Both the position numbers and the translations under genes were made by a program. From NCBI GenBank assembly GCA_023484515.1, contig JAMDAY010000001.1, forward strand, positions 758 through 64,757: a DNA stretch of 64,000 nt. The letters are read 5' to 3'. Under the pieces are notes generated by a model. It made no database searches, was not told the origin of the DNA, and saw only the letters and a program-made list of their open reading frames with translations. Shown here piece after piece: positions 1 through 10,227 of this stretch. Position 1 is the first letter of the stretch. Each line of letters begins with the position of its first letter. Source of the DNA: Patescibacteria group bacterium. Lineage in GTDB: Bacteria > Patescibacteriota > Doudnabacteria > UBA920.

Positions 1-1
1 T

Positions 2-2158
2 TCCGGCATTATTACCGTTTTAGCTGCCGCCTTTGACAATGTCGCCATTTCTTCCGTCCAGTTTAAGGCAGATAATATTAACTTAGGCCTGGAAGACATG
101 GCTTCTCCCTATATCACCTTCTTGGACACCGCTGCCTTAGCTAACGGCCCCCATACTCTTACGGCCACCGCCAAGGATAGTTCCGGGAATACGGCTAGTG
201 CCACAATTAATATTATCGTAAACAACCCGGTTCCCGACACCTATCGTGTCAATTCCGGCGGCTTGGCCTATATTGACAAGTCCGGCAAACAATGGAGCGC
301 TGATGCCAAATATACGGGCGGAAATACCTACCAGGTAACTTCCGCCATGGCCAGTACCGAAGACGATTCTCTATACCAGAATGAGCGGTTTGGCAACTTT
401 TCCTATGTTTTCCCCGTATCCAACGGTTCCTACCGGGTGACCTTGAAGTTTACCGAACTCTACTGGAATTATGCCAATGCCAGGAAGTTCAATGTCTCCA
501 TCAATAACACCCAAGTCCTCTCTAATTTTGACATCTTTGCGCAGGCCGGAGGCAAAAATATCGCTTTGGATAAATCTTTTACCGTTAACGTCACCAATGG
601 CCAGGTTGTCATTCAATTTACTACCTTAGTTGACAATGCGGCAGTTGTGGCGGTGGAGGTGGTAAAATCTTCATCTGATATTGATGCTGTACCTCCTTCT
701 GTACCCGCCGGCCTCTCCGCCGCCGCCGTTTCTTCCAGCCAGATTAATCTTTCTTGGAACGCCAGCACGGACAACGCTGGTGTTGCAGGTTATCTCGTAT
801 ATCGCAACGGTTTTCAAATTGCCACCACAACCGATACTTCATATTCCAATACCGGCTTAGCCCCTTCGGCCGTTTATTCTTTTACGGTTGCCGCTTATGA
901 TGCATCGGGTAATGTCTCAGCCCAACCCTCTTCTGTCTCTGCGGTTACTCAGGCAGCCGTTATTGCACCTAGTTTGTTGGTAATTCAAAACGGGGATTTT
1001 GAAAACGGAACCACCGGTTGGAATTATTACAACAACGGTTCCGGTTCGTTTAACACGACAGCCGGTTATCAAGGACAGTCAGCCAGCCTGGCAATTGCCA
1101 GCGCCGGGAACAATAACCAGCTTTATCAGGCAGGTATGACTTTGAAACCAAACACTTCTTACCGCCTGACATTTATGGCTAAGTCTTCCATAGGGGATGA
1201 TATGTCTGCATCGTTGTTTCAGCATGTTTTCCCATACGTAAATTACGGACTTAGCGGTAAATCTTTCGACTTGACGAATGCTTGGCAAAATTTTTCCGTA
1301 GATTTTACTACTGCCAATTTCAGTAATACAGTATCCGACGCCCGGATTAGCTTTATCCTGAACGGTTATGCCCAAGATAGGGAAGTTTACCAGATTGATA
1401 ACGTGACTTTAGTTCCGGTTGCCGTTGATGCCGTACCGCCCACGGTTAATTTTACATCTCCGCCAAATAATGCCACGATTTCAGGAACCGCTACTTTGTC
1501 CGTCTCTGCTTTGGATAATGTTGCGGTTGCCGGGGTTCAGTTTAAAATGGATGAGTCCGACTATGGCAGCGAAGATACCTCTGCTCCTTATGCTACATCC
1601 TTGGATACTACGGCATTGGCCAACGGTGTGCACATCATTACAGCTACGGCTCGGGATGCTTCCAATAACCAAGCTTCCGCTACGGTTAATATTCTGGTAA
1701 GCAATACCGTTTCAGCAAATAGCTTAATACGCCTTAATGCCGGAAGTGCTGCTTATACTGACCCCTCCGGCTACAAGTGGGAAGGGGATAAAAATTATTC
1801 TGGTGGCTATAACTATTACAATAACCTCCCCATAGCCAATACGGAAAGCGATCCTTTGTATCAGTCCCAGAGGTATGGCAATTTCTCTTATGCGCTAGAC
1901 GTGCCTAATGGCTCTTACAATGTTACTTTAAAGTTTGCTGAAATCTACTGGAATTATGCCAATGCCAGGAAGTTCAATGTCTCCATCAATAACACCCAAG
2001 TCCTTTCCAACTTTGACATCTTTGCTGCTTCAGGAGGCAAGAATATTGCCATAGACAAGACTTTTCCGGTTACGGTCATGGACGGAAAAGTTAATATCCA
2101 GTTTATCACTGTCTTGGATAATGCACTGGTCAGCGCTGTGGAGATTACGCCGCTGTAA
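2..2158 (+). CDS. Secreted/surface multidomain carbohydrate-binding protein (Ig-like, FN3, CBM4/9-like, two malectin-like domains); 5' end lies outside the window
   Basis: The frame is open from base 2, with no stop before the first Met at 98. Ig-like segments (…TATAKDSSGNTASATINIIVNN; …TATARDASNNQASATVNILVSN). FN3 (LSWNASTDNAGVAGYLVYRNG…YSFTVAAYDASGN). CBM4/9-like (IQNGDFENGTTGWNYY). Two malectin-like blocks (RVNSGGLAYID…YRVTLKFTELYW and RLNAGSAAYTD…YNVTLKFAEIYW). Confidence 0.75.
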   Translation, partial: SGIITVLAAAFDNVAISSVQFKADNINLGLEDMASPYITFLDTAALANGPHTLTATAKDSSGNTASATINIIVNNPVPDTYRVNSGGLAYIDKSGKQWSADAKYTGGNTYQVTSAMASTEDDSLYQNERFGNFSYVFPVSNGSYRVTLKFTELYWNYANARKFNVSINNTQVLSNFDIFAQAGGKNIALDKSFTVNVTNGQVVIQFTTLVDNAAVVAVEVVKSSSDIDAVPPSVPAGLSAAAVSSSQINLSWNASTDNAGVAGYLVYRNGFQIATTTDTSYSNTGLAPSAVYSFTVAAYDASGNVSAQPSSVSAVTQAAVIAPSLLVIQNGDFENGTTGWNYYNNGSGSFNTTAGYQGQSASLAIASAGNNNQLYQAGMTLKPNTSYRLTFMAKSSIGDDMSASLFQHVFPYVNYGLSGKSFDLTNAWQNFSVDFTTANFSNTVSDARISFILNGYAQDREVYQIDNVTLVPVAVDAVPPTVNFTSPPNNATISGTATLSVSALDNVAVAGVQFKMDESDYGSEDTSAPYATSLDTTALANGVHIITATARDASNNQASATVNILVSNTVSANSLIRLNAGSAAYTDPSGYKWEGDKNYSGGYNYYNNLPIANTESDPLYQSQRYGNFSYALDVPNGSYNVTLKFAEIYWNYANARKFNVSINNTQVLSNFDIFAASGGKNIAIDKTFPVTVMDGKVNIQFITVLDNALVSAVEITPL

Positions 2159-2444
2159 GATAAGCTATAATTGAACGTTTAAAACCATCCTCGGGATTAT
2201 CCTGGGGATGTTTTGATTGCGGCCTGACGCACCCGCGCTTCCACTATTTTTCTCTGGCCTTATTTATAAGCAATTCCCCGACATCCCGGAAATTTTTACG
2301 TTGACGCATATCCTTGGTCGTAAAAATTGTCCGGGATCTAAAAATTAGCACAGGCTGGATTCCGGATCAATTTGATATCTTAAAAATTGTCCGGAATGAC
2401 ACAGGAGGCATGGGAAGCGCAGGCGGGCCAGGTCGCGGCTCACA

Positions 2445-2473
2445 TTGACGCTAAGCTGTTGACTTGCTATCCT
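2445..2473 (+). promoter_or_regulatory. Candidate sigma70 promoter (TTGACG-N17-TATCCT) upstream of the cupredoxin-copA operon
   Basis: Hexamers read directly from the sequence. Two direct repeats, gtaaaaattgtccggga at 2321-2337 and ttaaaaattgtccggaa at 2381-2397, lie just upstream and could be operator sites. Confidence 0.3.
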
Positions 2474-2493
2474 AAAAAAGCAGACGGAATAAT

Positions 2494-2847
2494 ATGGATA
2501 AAATTATTGTTACAATCATTGGCCTGCTGGCTATGGGATTTGTCTATTGGTTTTTTTTAATGAAAAAGGAAAAGGCGGTGCAAGCCGAAAAATCTATAGA
2601 TATAATTGTCAAAGGCGGTTACTTGCCGGAAATAATATCCGTTCCCCAAGGCCAGCCCACTGTTATTAATTTTAAAAGGATTGATCAAAATAGCTGTTTG
2701 GAAGAAGTGGTAATGCCGGAATTCAAGATTAGGAAATATTTGCCCGTAAACCAAACCGTACCCGTTAACATTAATCCGTCCAAGACCGGGGAATTCCCGT
2801 TTTCCTGCGGCATGGGAATGTATCACGGGAAAATAATCGTCAAATAA
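2494..2847 (+). CDS. Cupredoxin-like copper-binding membrane protein (N-terminal TM helix; Cys and Met/His-rich C-terminus GEFPFSCGMGMYHGKI)
   Basis: The 117-aa ORF has an N-terminal hydrophobic helix and a C-terminal C/M/H motif typical of cupredoxin-like proteins encoded next to copA. It sits immediately upstream of the P1B-type ATPase. Confidence 0.65.
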   Translation: MDKIIVTIIGLLAMGFVYWFFLMKKEKAVQAEKSIDIIVKGGYLPEIISVPQGQPTVINFKRIDQNSCLEEVVMPEFKIRKYLPVNQTVPVNINPSKTGEFPFSCGMGMYHGKIIVK

Positions 2848-2937
2848 TTAGCTGCCAGGAATTGCGGAAAACTGCAGAACTTTTCCGCAGGTTCTCTTGC
2901 CGGCAGGCAGGCGCAGTTTCGGATAGCGGATAAATTT

Positions 2938-5160
2938 ATGTCCAACCAAACCAAACAATTCCATGTAAAAGGCATGCATTGCGCTTCGTGCGTAGCGGTT
3001 TTGGAACAGTCGTTAAAGAAAGTGTCGGGAGTTTCCGTAGCCAGTGTCAACCTTGCGGCGGAAGAAGCCACAGTAAAATATGATTCTGACCGGGTTTCGG
3101 AAAAAGACTTATCCGAGGCTGTTACGCAAGTCGGCTACCGGGCCGATTTTTTGGCCGCGTCCAAGTCCGGCGACATTTTGGAAGAAGAAAAACAAAAGGA
3201 ATTGTGGAATTTGCGCAACCTAGTCCTAGCCAGCCTTGTTTTGGGCGGCTTTATTTTATGGGGAAGCTTTCCGGTTTTGGCCGCAACCGCCCCCGCGTTT
3301 TTACGGAATTTTTGGACGCAATTTGCCTTGGCTGCCGTTGTGCAAATTTGGCCTGGCCTGGGGTTTTACCGCGCGGCCGCAAATTCGCTCCGCCACCGCA
3401 CCGCCAATATGGACACCTTGGTGGCGCTTGGCACGACCGTGGCTTTCGGCTATTCCGCTTTTGTGACTATTTTTCCTTCGCTGATTAAAAATGCGGGGAT
3501 GCAGCCAATGCCGTATTTTGACGTTTCCGCTTTGGTCATTGGCTTAATTTTGTTAGGAAGATATTTTGAGGCCAGGGCCAAGTCCGGCACCGGCGAGGCC
3601 ATAAAAAAATTAATCGGCTTGCAGGCCAGGACGGCCCGCCTAATTAAGGACGGCAGGGAAATTGACGTGCCCGCGGGCGAGGTAAAGGCGGGCGATATTT
3701 TGCGCGTGCGGCCCGGGGAAAAAATTCCGGTTGACGGCGTGGTTACGCAGGGGTATTCGGCGGTGGATGAATCCGCCGTGACCGGCGAAAGCCTGCCTGC
3801 GGACAAGGTGCCGGGAGACAAAGTTACGGGCGCAACCTTAAACAAAACCGGCAGTTTTCTCATGCAGGCCGAAAAAGTCGGGCAGGACACCATGCTTTCG
3901 CAAATTATCAAATTGGTGCAGGAGGCGCAAGGGTCCAAGGCGCCCATCCAAAGGATGGCCGACTCCATTTCTTCCTATTTCGTGCCGGTTGTCATAATGC
4001 TGGCCATACTGACTTTTATTATCTGGTATAATTTCGGGCCGCAGCCCCATTTGCTGCATGCGCTGCTGAACGCCGTGGCGGTTTTAATAATTGCCTGCCC
4101 TTGCGCAATGGGTTTGGCCACGCCCACGGCAATAATGGTCGGCGCCGGCAAAGGGGCGCAGGCCGGCATTTTAATCAAGGATGCGGCAAGCCTGGAAATT
4201 GCGCACAAGGTTAACGTAGTCATATTCGACAAGACCGGCACGCTTACGCTCGGCCGGCCGGAAGTGACGGATATTATTCCCATAGATGACGGCAAGGAGC
4301 GCGACCTGCTTATGATAGCCGCGTCCCTGGAGCGCGGCAGCGAGCATTCGCTGGCCGAGACCGTGGTCAAAATGGCGGAAAAGGAAAACCTGGTTTTAGG
4401 GGGCGTGGAAAATTTCCGCGCTTTGCCCGGTTTGGGCGTGGAAGGGTCTTTGGACGGCAAGCGCGTGACTTTGGGCAACCGCAAGCTGATGCAGCGGGAA
4501 AAAATAAATATTGCGCCCATAGAAGAAAAAATCCGAGATTTGGAAAACCACGGCAAAACCGTAATGATTTTAGGGCTAAACGGCAAAGCGGCCGGGCTTT
4601 TGGCCGTGGCGGATACGGTTAAGGACAGCGCAAGAACCGCGGTTAAAAAATTGCAGCAAATGGGAATAGAAGCCGTAATGGTTTCCGGGGACAACCAGCG
4701 CACGGCCGAGGCCGTGGCCAATGTCCTGGGGATTACCCGCGTGCTGGGCGAAGTGCTGCCGGACCAAAAAGAGCAGCAGGTCAGGCAAATCCAGGGCCAA
4801 GGCAGAGTGGCGGCCATGGTCGGGGACGGCATTAACGACGCGCCCGCCCTGGCGGCCGCCGACCTCGGCATAGCAATGGGCAGCGGCACGGACATAGCCA
4901 TGGAGTCCGCGGATATTACCCTGGTCAGCAAGGACCTTTCCAGCGTTGCCGCGGCCATAAACCTGTCCCGCCAGACCATGCGCATCATAAAACAAAACTT
5001 GTTTTGGTCTTTTGGTTACAATGCCTTGCTTATTCCCGTGGCTATGGGCCTGCTTTATCCGCCGTTCCATATTTTGCTAAACCCGGTATTCGCTTCCGCG
5101 GCCATGGCTTTTAGTTCCGTATCGGTAGTGTTAAATTCTTTGCGGTTAAAACGAATATGA
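2938..5160 (+). CDS. copA: Copper-translocating P1B-type ATPase
   Basis: N-terminal HMA motif [10 protein letters not shown]6 CPC motif ([10 protein letters not shown]). Phosphorylation site DKTGTLT. Hinge GDGINDAP. Length 740 aa. Confidence 0.92.
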   Translation: MSNQTKQFHVKGMHCASCVAVLEQSLKKVSGVSVASVNLAAEEATVKYDSDRVSEKDLSEAVTQVGYRADFLAASKSGDILEEEKQKELWNLRNLVLASLVLGGFILWGSFPVLAATAPAFLRNFWTQFALAAVVQIWPGLGFYRAAANSLRHRTANMDTLVALGTTVAFGYSAFVTIFPSLIKNAGMQPMPYFDVSALVIGLILLGRYFEARAKSGTGEAIKKLIGLQARTARLIKDGREIDVPAGEVKAGDILRVRPGEKIPVDGVVTQGYSAVDESAVTGESLPADKVPGDKVTGATLNKTGSFLMQAEKVGQDTMLSQIIKLVQEAQGSKAPIQRMADSISSYFVPVVIMLAILTFIIWYNFGPQPHLLHALLNAVAVLIIACPCAMGLATPTAIMVGAGKGAQAGILIKDAASLEIAHKVNVVIFDKTGTLTLGRPEVTDIIPIDDGKERDLLMIAASLERGSEHSLAETVVKMAEKENLVLGGVENFRALPGLGVEGSLDGKRVTLGNRKLMQREKINIAPIEEKIRDLENHGKTVMILGLNGKAAGLLAVADTVKDSARTAVKKLQQMGIEAVMVSGDNQRTAEAVANVLGITRVLGEVLPDQKEQQVRQIQGQGRVAAMVGDGINDAPALAAADLGIAMGSGTDIAMESADITLVSKDLSSVAAAINLSRQTMRIIKQNLFWSFGYNALLIPVAMGLLYPPFHILLNPVFASAAMAFSSVSVVLNSLRLKRI

Positions 5161-6269
5161 TTTTAATTTTTATTTTTACCACCCAAATATTGCTTTTTCT
5201 GCTCCACTTTTTTCTTTACAAGAGCATGGTGAGGTTTTTAGGGGTGGTAAATCCGGCATATTTGGGTGCGTTAAGGATTATTTTGGGATTGTTGTCGGTC
5301 AGCTTTATGGCCGCTTCCCTGGCCGCGTTCCGTTATTTTAACGCGGCCACGCGCGCCGGTTATGCCCTGGCTGCCGGCTGGCTGGGAATGGTTTATTCTT
5401 TGCTTCTCGCGTCCGCGCTGCTGTGGCTGGTTTTTGCCGTCACTAAAATATTTAATCTACCGGTTAATTTCCGCCTATTCGGCAGTGTTTTATACGGCGC
5501 GGCAATTGTAATTAGCGTTTACGGATTTTTTAACGCCGCCCACCCCCGCATCAAGACTATTGAAATTACCTTGCCCAACCTGCCGCCTTCCTGGCAGGGT
5601 AAAACAGCGGTGTGGGTAAGCGATATGCATTACGGCCAAATTTGGAATGCGGGGACCGCGCAAAAAACCGCAAATGCCGTAAAAAACCTTAAGCCGGACA
5701 TTGTGTTTTTGGGCGGCGATTTTTTTGACGGGACAGCCGCCAATTACAATCAATTAACAGAGGTTTATAACAATTTGGGCGCGCCTTGGGGTACGTATTT
5801 TGTTCCCGGCAACCACGAGGAGTTCGGCGGCGACATAGACAACAACGTCTATGCCCGGGCCATTAAATTAACGGACATAAAAATTTTGCATAACGAAATG
5901 GTTAATATAGAGGGTATGCAAATAATCGGGTCGGACTTTACTTTGGTGCGCAAGGACGCGCAATTGCAAGAGATGCTTAATAATGCCGGCCTAAATAAAA
6001 GCCAGGCAAGCATTTTGCTGCGGCACGAGCCTTCGCTGGTAGGGACTGCGGCAAAAAACAATATTGGCCTGCAGCTTTCCGGGCATACGCACGGCGGGGG
6101 ACAGGTTTGGCCGCTGGAGATTTTTACGCACATGATTTACGGGGCGTATGACACGGGTTTGCATCAATTGGAACAGACAACCATTTACACTTCTACGGGC
6201 GCCGGATCCTGGGGCCCTCCCGTCCGCATAGGCAACCGCCCGGAGATTGTGCAAATAAAATTCCATTAA
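5157..6269 (+). CDS. Membrane-anchored metallophosphoesterase (calcineurin-like)
   Basis: N-terminal TM helices followed by the metallophosphoesterase motifs GDFFDG, GNHEEFG and GHTHGG. The start overlaps the copA stop (ATGA), indicating translational coupling. Confidence 0.8.
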   Translation: MILIFIFTTQILLFLLHFFLYKSMVRFLGVVNPAYLGALRIILGLLSVSFMAASLAAFRYFNAATRAGYALAAGWLGMVYSLLLASALLWLVFAVTKIFNLPVNFRLFGSVLYGAAIVISVYGFFNAAHPRIKTIEITLPNLPPSWQGKTAVWVSDMHYGQIWNAGTAQKTANAVKNLKPDIVFLGGDFFDGTAANYNQLTEVYNNLGAPWGTYFVPGNHEEFGGDIDNNVYARAIKLTDIKILHNEMVNIEGMQIIGSDFTLVRKDAQLQEMLNNAGLNKSQASILLRHEPSLVGTAAKNNIGLQLSGHTHGGGQVWPLEIFTHMIYGAYDTGLHQLEQTTIYTSTGAGSWGPPVRIGNRPEIVQIKFH

Positions 6270-6344
6270 AATAAGGTTTTTTTACAATTTTATCCAAATT
6301 ACAACACATTTTTATAAAAATCCCAAAAATATGTGGAAAAAGTC

Positions 6345-6372
6345 TTGCAAAATATTTTTTTAGTGCTATATT
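6345..6372 (+). promoter_or_regulatory. Candidate promoter TTGCAA-N16-TATATT
   Basis: The hexamers are read from the sequence. No plausible ORF lies downstream before the terminator at 6523-6566. Confidence 0.3.
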
Positions 6373-6522
6373 AAAAAAGATCGGGAAGGGTGTAAAAAAC
6401 CAGGAGGCCGACAAAGCCTCTTTAAATTTGTGCGATAGCCTGACAGAGCTACGGGATATAAAGTTTCTTATGTCCTGTTTTTCATTTCTTGCGGTTCCAA
6501 TTTTGGAAAGGCAAATACAAGA

Positions 6523-6566
6523 GCCCAAACATTGAGCAAAAGCTTTTTGTTTGGGCTTTTATATTT
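6523..6566 (+). terminator. Rho-independent terminator (GCCCAAAC…GTTTGGGC followed by TTTTATATTT)
   Basis: An 8-bp GC-rich stem with an 18-nt loop, followed by a U-tract on the plus strand. Confidence 0.5.
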
Positions 6567-6860
6567 GCCCTGGGTTATCTTTGACCGCTTAAAGTAAAAG
6601 AATAACCCGGGGCGAGCTTTAAAGGTCGACGCCTTAGGCTTTGCGTTTGGCAAAGCCGGCGGTTTTATGCCAACCTTCCGTTTCATTTTATCTTTTTTCT
6701 TGATAATTTTCAAGCGCAAGGCTGGTGGGTTCATAAGGAGGAGCAGCTAGTTTAGGCCCCCGGTTTGGGGCCAAGAATCAAAAAAGATCTTAGCTCCATA
6801 TTGGGGGCGTTCCCCCAAAGTAAAAGGGGTAAACATAATTAACAATTAATAAAAAATATT

Positions 6861-8069
6861 ATGAAAAAAATAATCATAAGCCTGTCCATAGTCGGCGCCA
6901 TTGCCGCAGTCGTAGTCTACGGCACCACGGCTTTCTTCAGCGATGAAGAAGTGTCGCAAAACAACACCTTCACCGCCGGCGCGATAGATTTAAAGGTGGA
7001 CAGCGAATGTTCGTATAACGGTTCTACTTCCACGCAATGCGGCACTTGGACAATGAAAGACTTAGAGCCTACTGCGGACCAGTTTTTTAAGTTTACGGAC
7101 GTTAAGCCTGGCGATTTTGGAGAAAATACCATTGGTCTGCAGGTCACCAATAACGACGCCTGGGTTTGCGCCGCTATTTCCGGCGTGACGGATTCGGAAA
7201 ATGGGCGGACAGAGCCTGAGGCCTTAGTTGACACGACCGACGACACTGGCGAACTGTCCAGTAAATTAGAAATGACCATTTGGAGGGATACTGATGGTGA
7301 CAATGTACAAGACTCGGAAGAAACAGTTTTGTATACTGGAAATCCCAAAGACCAAGTGTTAGCGCTTTATGACTCATCTACCCACACCGGCGCGTTAACC
7401 GGCGGTTCAACTGGGTATTTGGGTATTAAATGGGATCTTCCTGCAAATACCGGCAACGAAGTCCAAACTGACAGCATGACCGCGGACATTAGCTTTAACG
7501 TAGTGCAATCAAGAAACAATGACGATTTCCGCTGTGTTGCTCAAACACCGCAATATACGCTTGTGACGGGTGCTAGCCTAGTACGATCTTGGGATGCCGA
7601 AGCTAGACACGGAAAACTCGGTGCTGCTGATTGGGAATTAGGAATTGGTTTAAATACCCAAGGAGCAGACCAGCATAACAATCTAACAGGAACCGATCTA
7701 TATAATTGGCCGCAGGATGTAGCTATGCCATTTACCTTGACATATGACAAAAGCACCGGTGTAGCTTCTATGACGATAAGAGATGTGGAAGAAACATATA
7801 ATGTAGGAACCTCCGTGCCTGCAAATTCTAAATTGGCAATCTATCTCGGAGCTTCATCGGGAGTATCAGATAGCACCACTCTTCAAAATTTAGTTCTTAA
7901 CAGTACACCGATTAGCGGTAGTGTAGTTGCTACTGCTGGCGGTACTGCCAGTAACAATATAAGTGGTTTTGATTTCTCCCAAAGTTTTACTCTTACCGGT
8001 GAAGCGGTATTTAACTATACCGGTACGACCGGGTCAAGGCCTGGGTTTTCTCTAACCATAGGGCAATAA
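6861..8069 (+). CDS. TasA/camelysin-like secreted protein with a SipW-cognate class signal peptide
   Basis: The N-terminus MKKIIISLSIVGAIAAVVVYGTTAFFSDEEVSQNNTFTAGAIDLKVD matches the SipW-cognate signal-peptide pattern of TasA/CalY-family fibre proteins. It lies in a cluster with sipW. Confidence 0.7.
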   Translation: MKKIIISLSIVGAIAAVVVYGTTAFFSDEEVSQNNTFTAGAIDLKVDSECSYNGSTSTQCGTWTMKDLEPTADQFFKFTDVKPGDFGENTIGLQVTNNDAWVCAAISGVTDSENGRTEPEALVDTTDDTGELSSKLEMTIWRDTDGDNVQDSEETVLYTGNPKDQVLALYDSSTHTGALTGGSTGYLGIKWDLPANTGNEVQTDSMTADISFNVVQSRNNDDFRCVAQTPQYTLVTGASLVRSWDAEARHGKLGAADWELGIGLNTQGADQHNNLTGTDLYNWPQDVAMPFTLTYDKSTGVASMTIRDVEETYNVGTSVPANSKLAIYLGASSGVSDSTTLQNLVLNSTPISGSVVATAGGTASNNISGFDFSQSFTLTGEAVFNYTGTTGSRPGFSLTIGQ

Positions 8070-8079
8070 AATTAATTCT

Positions 8080-9360
8080 ATGAAAAAAATATTAATTAGC
8101 CTTAGCGTTATTGGGGTTGTGGCGGCGGCTGCGGTTATAGGGACGCAGGCTTTGTTTACCGACCAGGAAACTTCTTCGGGCAACGTGTTTACCGCAGGGT
8201 CTATAGACCTGAAAGTAGACCATTTGGTGCAGACTTATAATGGCGTGAATTGCAATACTTGCAGTGTGACGGTTGTGAGCGACGCAACCAACGAAGTAGT
8301 GGCAAAATCGGAAAACGGGACTGATCCGGTAACATTGCCGCATCCTGCCGTGTTGGTTAACCCGATTAATCCTGCCTGGACGGCAAATGTGCCTGGCGCA
8401 AGCTGGATTTGGGCGCAGAACCCTACGCCAGAAGCAGAATACGGCATAGACACAATCTATACCTTTGAAAAAACCTTTAACTGGATGGGTCCGGTGACTG
8501 GAGCGACTTTGGTGCTAAGCATCGGCGCAGACAACAGTTACGAGGTGTATTTGAACGGAAGCCATGTTACCGGTGACAATACGGAGCAGAATTATAATAC
8601 CGCTGGTCAAGACGTTGTTAGCGGCACGCCTATTTCCGACCATATCGTCCAAGGAGTAAATACTTTGCGTTTTGTGGTTAAAAATTGGGCCAGACCTGCC
8701 GGTCAAACCTGGCTTAATCCGGGCGGCTTAATTTATAAATTAACCATAGACGGTAATTGCGGAGATAGCGAATTCAAAAACCACTGCACCTTGTTCGGCG
8801 AGAAAAATTTGGGGCCGGATGACCATTTCTGGATAATAGACGACGTTAAGCCGGGGGATTATGGCACAAACCTTATTAGCCTGCATGTAACTAGCAACGA
8901 CGCTTATGCCTGCTTGTATACCGGCAATACCGCGGATAACGAAAACGACCTGGTTAATGCCGAAACCAAAGCAAACGATGACACCCCAAATGAAGGCGAA
9001 CTTTCCAAGTATCTTAATGTGATAGTCTGGCCGGATAATGGCGACGGTATCCATCAGGTTTCCGAAACTCCCATATACAACGGGCCGTTAAATGAGGAGA
9101 TGACTTCGCGATTGGCAATTGTTGGCGGTGGGACTGAGTACTTGGGCCTGGCATGGTGTGCTGGAGATCAGGATATAGACAGCGAGACAGGGACAATCTC
9201 TTGCGACGGTTCCGGCAGCCAGAATGACGCGCAGACCGACTCGTTTGTAGCGGACCTGACCGCTTATGCGGTGCAGCAGAGGAATAATGGGAATTTCTCT
9301 TGCAGTGACCTTCGGCAGGTTAATGGTACGGTTGTAACCGGCGAAGGATTAAACGATTAA
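8080..9360 (+). CDS. TasA/camelysin-like secreted protein paralog with an inserted beta-rich domain
   Basis: The N-terminus MKKILISLSVIGVVAAAAVIGTQALFTDQETSSGNVFTAGSIDLKVD is SipW-cognate. It shares blocks with the upstream paralog (DVKPGDYGTNLISLHVTSNDAYAC vs DVKPGDFGENTIGLQVTNNDAWVC; C-terminal …QQRNNGNFSC vs …QSRNNDDFRC). An insertion of about 180 aa lies between these blocks. Confidence 0.7.
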   Translation: MKKILISLSVIGVVAAAAVIGTQALFTDQETSSGNVFTAGSIDLKVDHLVQTYNGVNCNTCSVTVVSDATNEVVAKSENGTDPVTLPHPAVLVNPINPAWTANVPGASWIWAQNPTPEAEYGIDTIYTFEKTFNWMGPVTGATLVLSIGADNSYEVYLNGSHVTGDNTEQNYNTAGQDVVSGTPISDHIVQGVNTLRFVVKNWARPAGQTWLNPGGLIYKLTIDGNCGDSEFKNHCTLFGEKNLGPDDHFWIIDDVKPGDYGTNLISLHVTSNDAYACLYTGNTADNENDLVNAETKANDDTPNEGELSKYLNVIVWPDNGDGIHQVSETPIYNGPLNEEMTSRLAIVGGGTEYLGLAWCAGDQDIDSETGTISCDGSGSQNDAQTDSFVADLTAYAVQQRNNGNFSCSDLRQVNGTVVTGEGLND

Positions 9361-9503
9361 AGTTCCTTTTCCCGCCCGGCAGGCTGAAATATTTACTTAA
9401 TTATTTACTTTAATATTTAAGTAAATATTTACTTAAATCAGCCAAAGCCGGGCGGGAGGGGGAGGCTTTAATCTCTCTTGTTGATTTTTAAAGCAGCTTT
9501 GTC

Positions 9504-10076
9504 ATGAAAACCATTGGCAAAATAATTGAATATCTGCTTTATTTGGCAATTGCGGCTATTGCGGCTTTGGTGCTGGCCAGCGCTTTGCCCGTGCCGGGCG
9601 GGGTGAAGATTTTCGTGGTGCAGTCGGGCAGCATGGAGCCGGCCATTAAAACCGGCAGCGTGGTTATAGATATGCCGCAAGCCGCGTATAAAATTGGCGA
9701 CGTTATTACCTTCGGGCCATACAGCAAAGCCAAGCCCCCCGTAACCCACCGCGTTGCCGACTTCCGCCTGCAGTCCGGCCAGCCAATTTACATTACCAAG
9801 GGCGATGCCAACAACGCCGCGGATGCGCGGGAGGTTTTGCCGCGCGACGTAATCGGCAAAGTCAGGCTGGCCGTGCCTTACGCCGGCTATGCCGTGGCAG
9901 CCGCGAAAAAGCCTTTGGGTTTCGCCCTGCTTATTATAGTCCCGGCAGCCATTATTATTTTCAGCGAACTGAACAAGATTTGGACGGAAGTAAAAAGAAT
10001 GCGCGCGAAAAAGAAAGAATCCCCGCAGCCGGCAAAAGAGCCGCCGCAGCCGGCAGGCGAAAACCCCGGCTATTGA
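9504..10076 (+). CDS. sipW: Signal peptidase I, SipW type (archaeal/eukaryotic-like S26B)
   Basis: VVQSGSMEPAIKTGSVVID catalytic Ser block, VTHRV and GDANN motifs, and TM helices at both ends. The TGA stop lies inside the 85-bp repeat at 10070-10156. Confidence 0.85.
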   Translation: MKTIGKIIEYLLYLAIAAIAALVLASALPVPGGVKIFVVQSGSMEPAIKTGSVVIDMPQAAYKIGDVITFGPYSKAKPPVTHRVADFRLQSGQPIYITKGDANNAADAREVLPRDVIGKVRLAVPYAGYAVAAAKKPLGFALLIIVPAAIIIFSELNKIWTEVKRMRAKKKESPQPAKEPPQPAGENPGY

Positions 10077-10156
10077 TCTCCGCAAAATCAGTTGAACAAA
10101 TTTGGGCTTACTGAAAACAAAAATTATTCAAGATAATATGCGGGCCTCAATAGCCT
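10070..10156 (+). repeat. 85-bp dispersed repeat, copy 1 (copy 2 at 49335-49421, about 93% identical)
   Basis: tattgatctccgcaaaatcagttgaacaaatttgggcttactga[a/t]aacaaaaattattcaagataatatgcgggcc… occurs at both loci. It contains a possible promoter, TTACTG-N18-GATAAT. Confidence 0.8.
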
Positions 10157-10173
10157 AAGCAAAGCCGCGGAGC

Positions 10174-10227
10174 TTCTCCCCTCATAAGGGGAGATGTCGC
10201 GCCTGGCGCGACAGAGAGGTTGCAGCT
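10174..10227 (+). repeat. 54-bp direct repeat, left copy flanking the DUF559 gene (hairpins ctcccct…aggggag and gtcgcgcc-tg-gcgcgac)
   Basis: Nearly identical to 10662-10715. Each copy contains two short perfect palindromes. The left copy ends in GAGAGGttgcagctATG, so it supplies the ribosome-binding site for the DUF559 ORF. Confidence 0.85.

Noticed and set aside
3450-5070. Several long minus-strand ORFs (3450-3968, 3975-4988, 4576-5070) antisense to copA
   Set aside because: They lie entirely within a P-type ATPase gene that has full motif support. They are GC-rich antisense frames with no start context, typical shadow ORFs.
6193-6734. Minus-strand ORFs 6193-6528 and 6468-6734 in the copA-tasA intergenic region
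   Set aside because: AT-rich low-complexity translations with no motifs. The region instead shows promoter, terminator and hairpin features on the plus strand.
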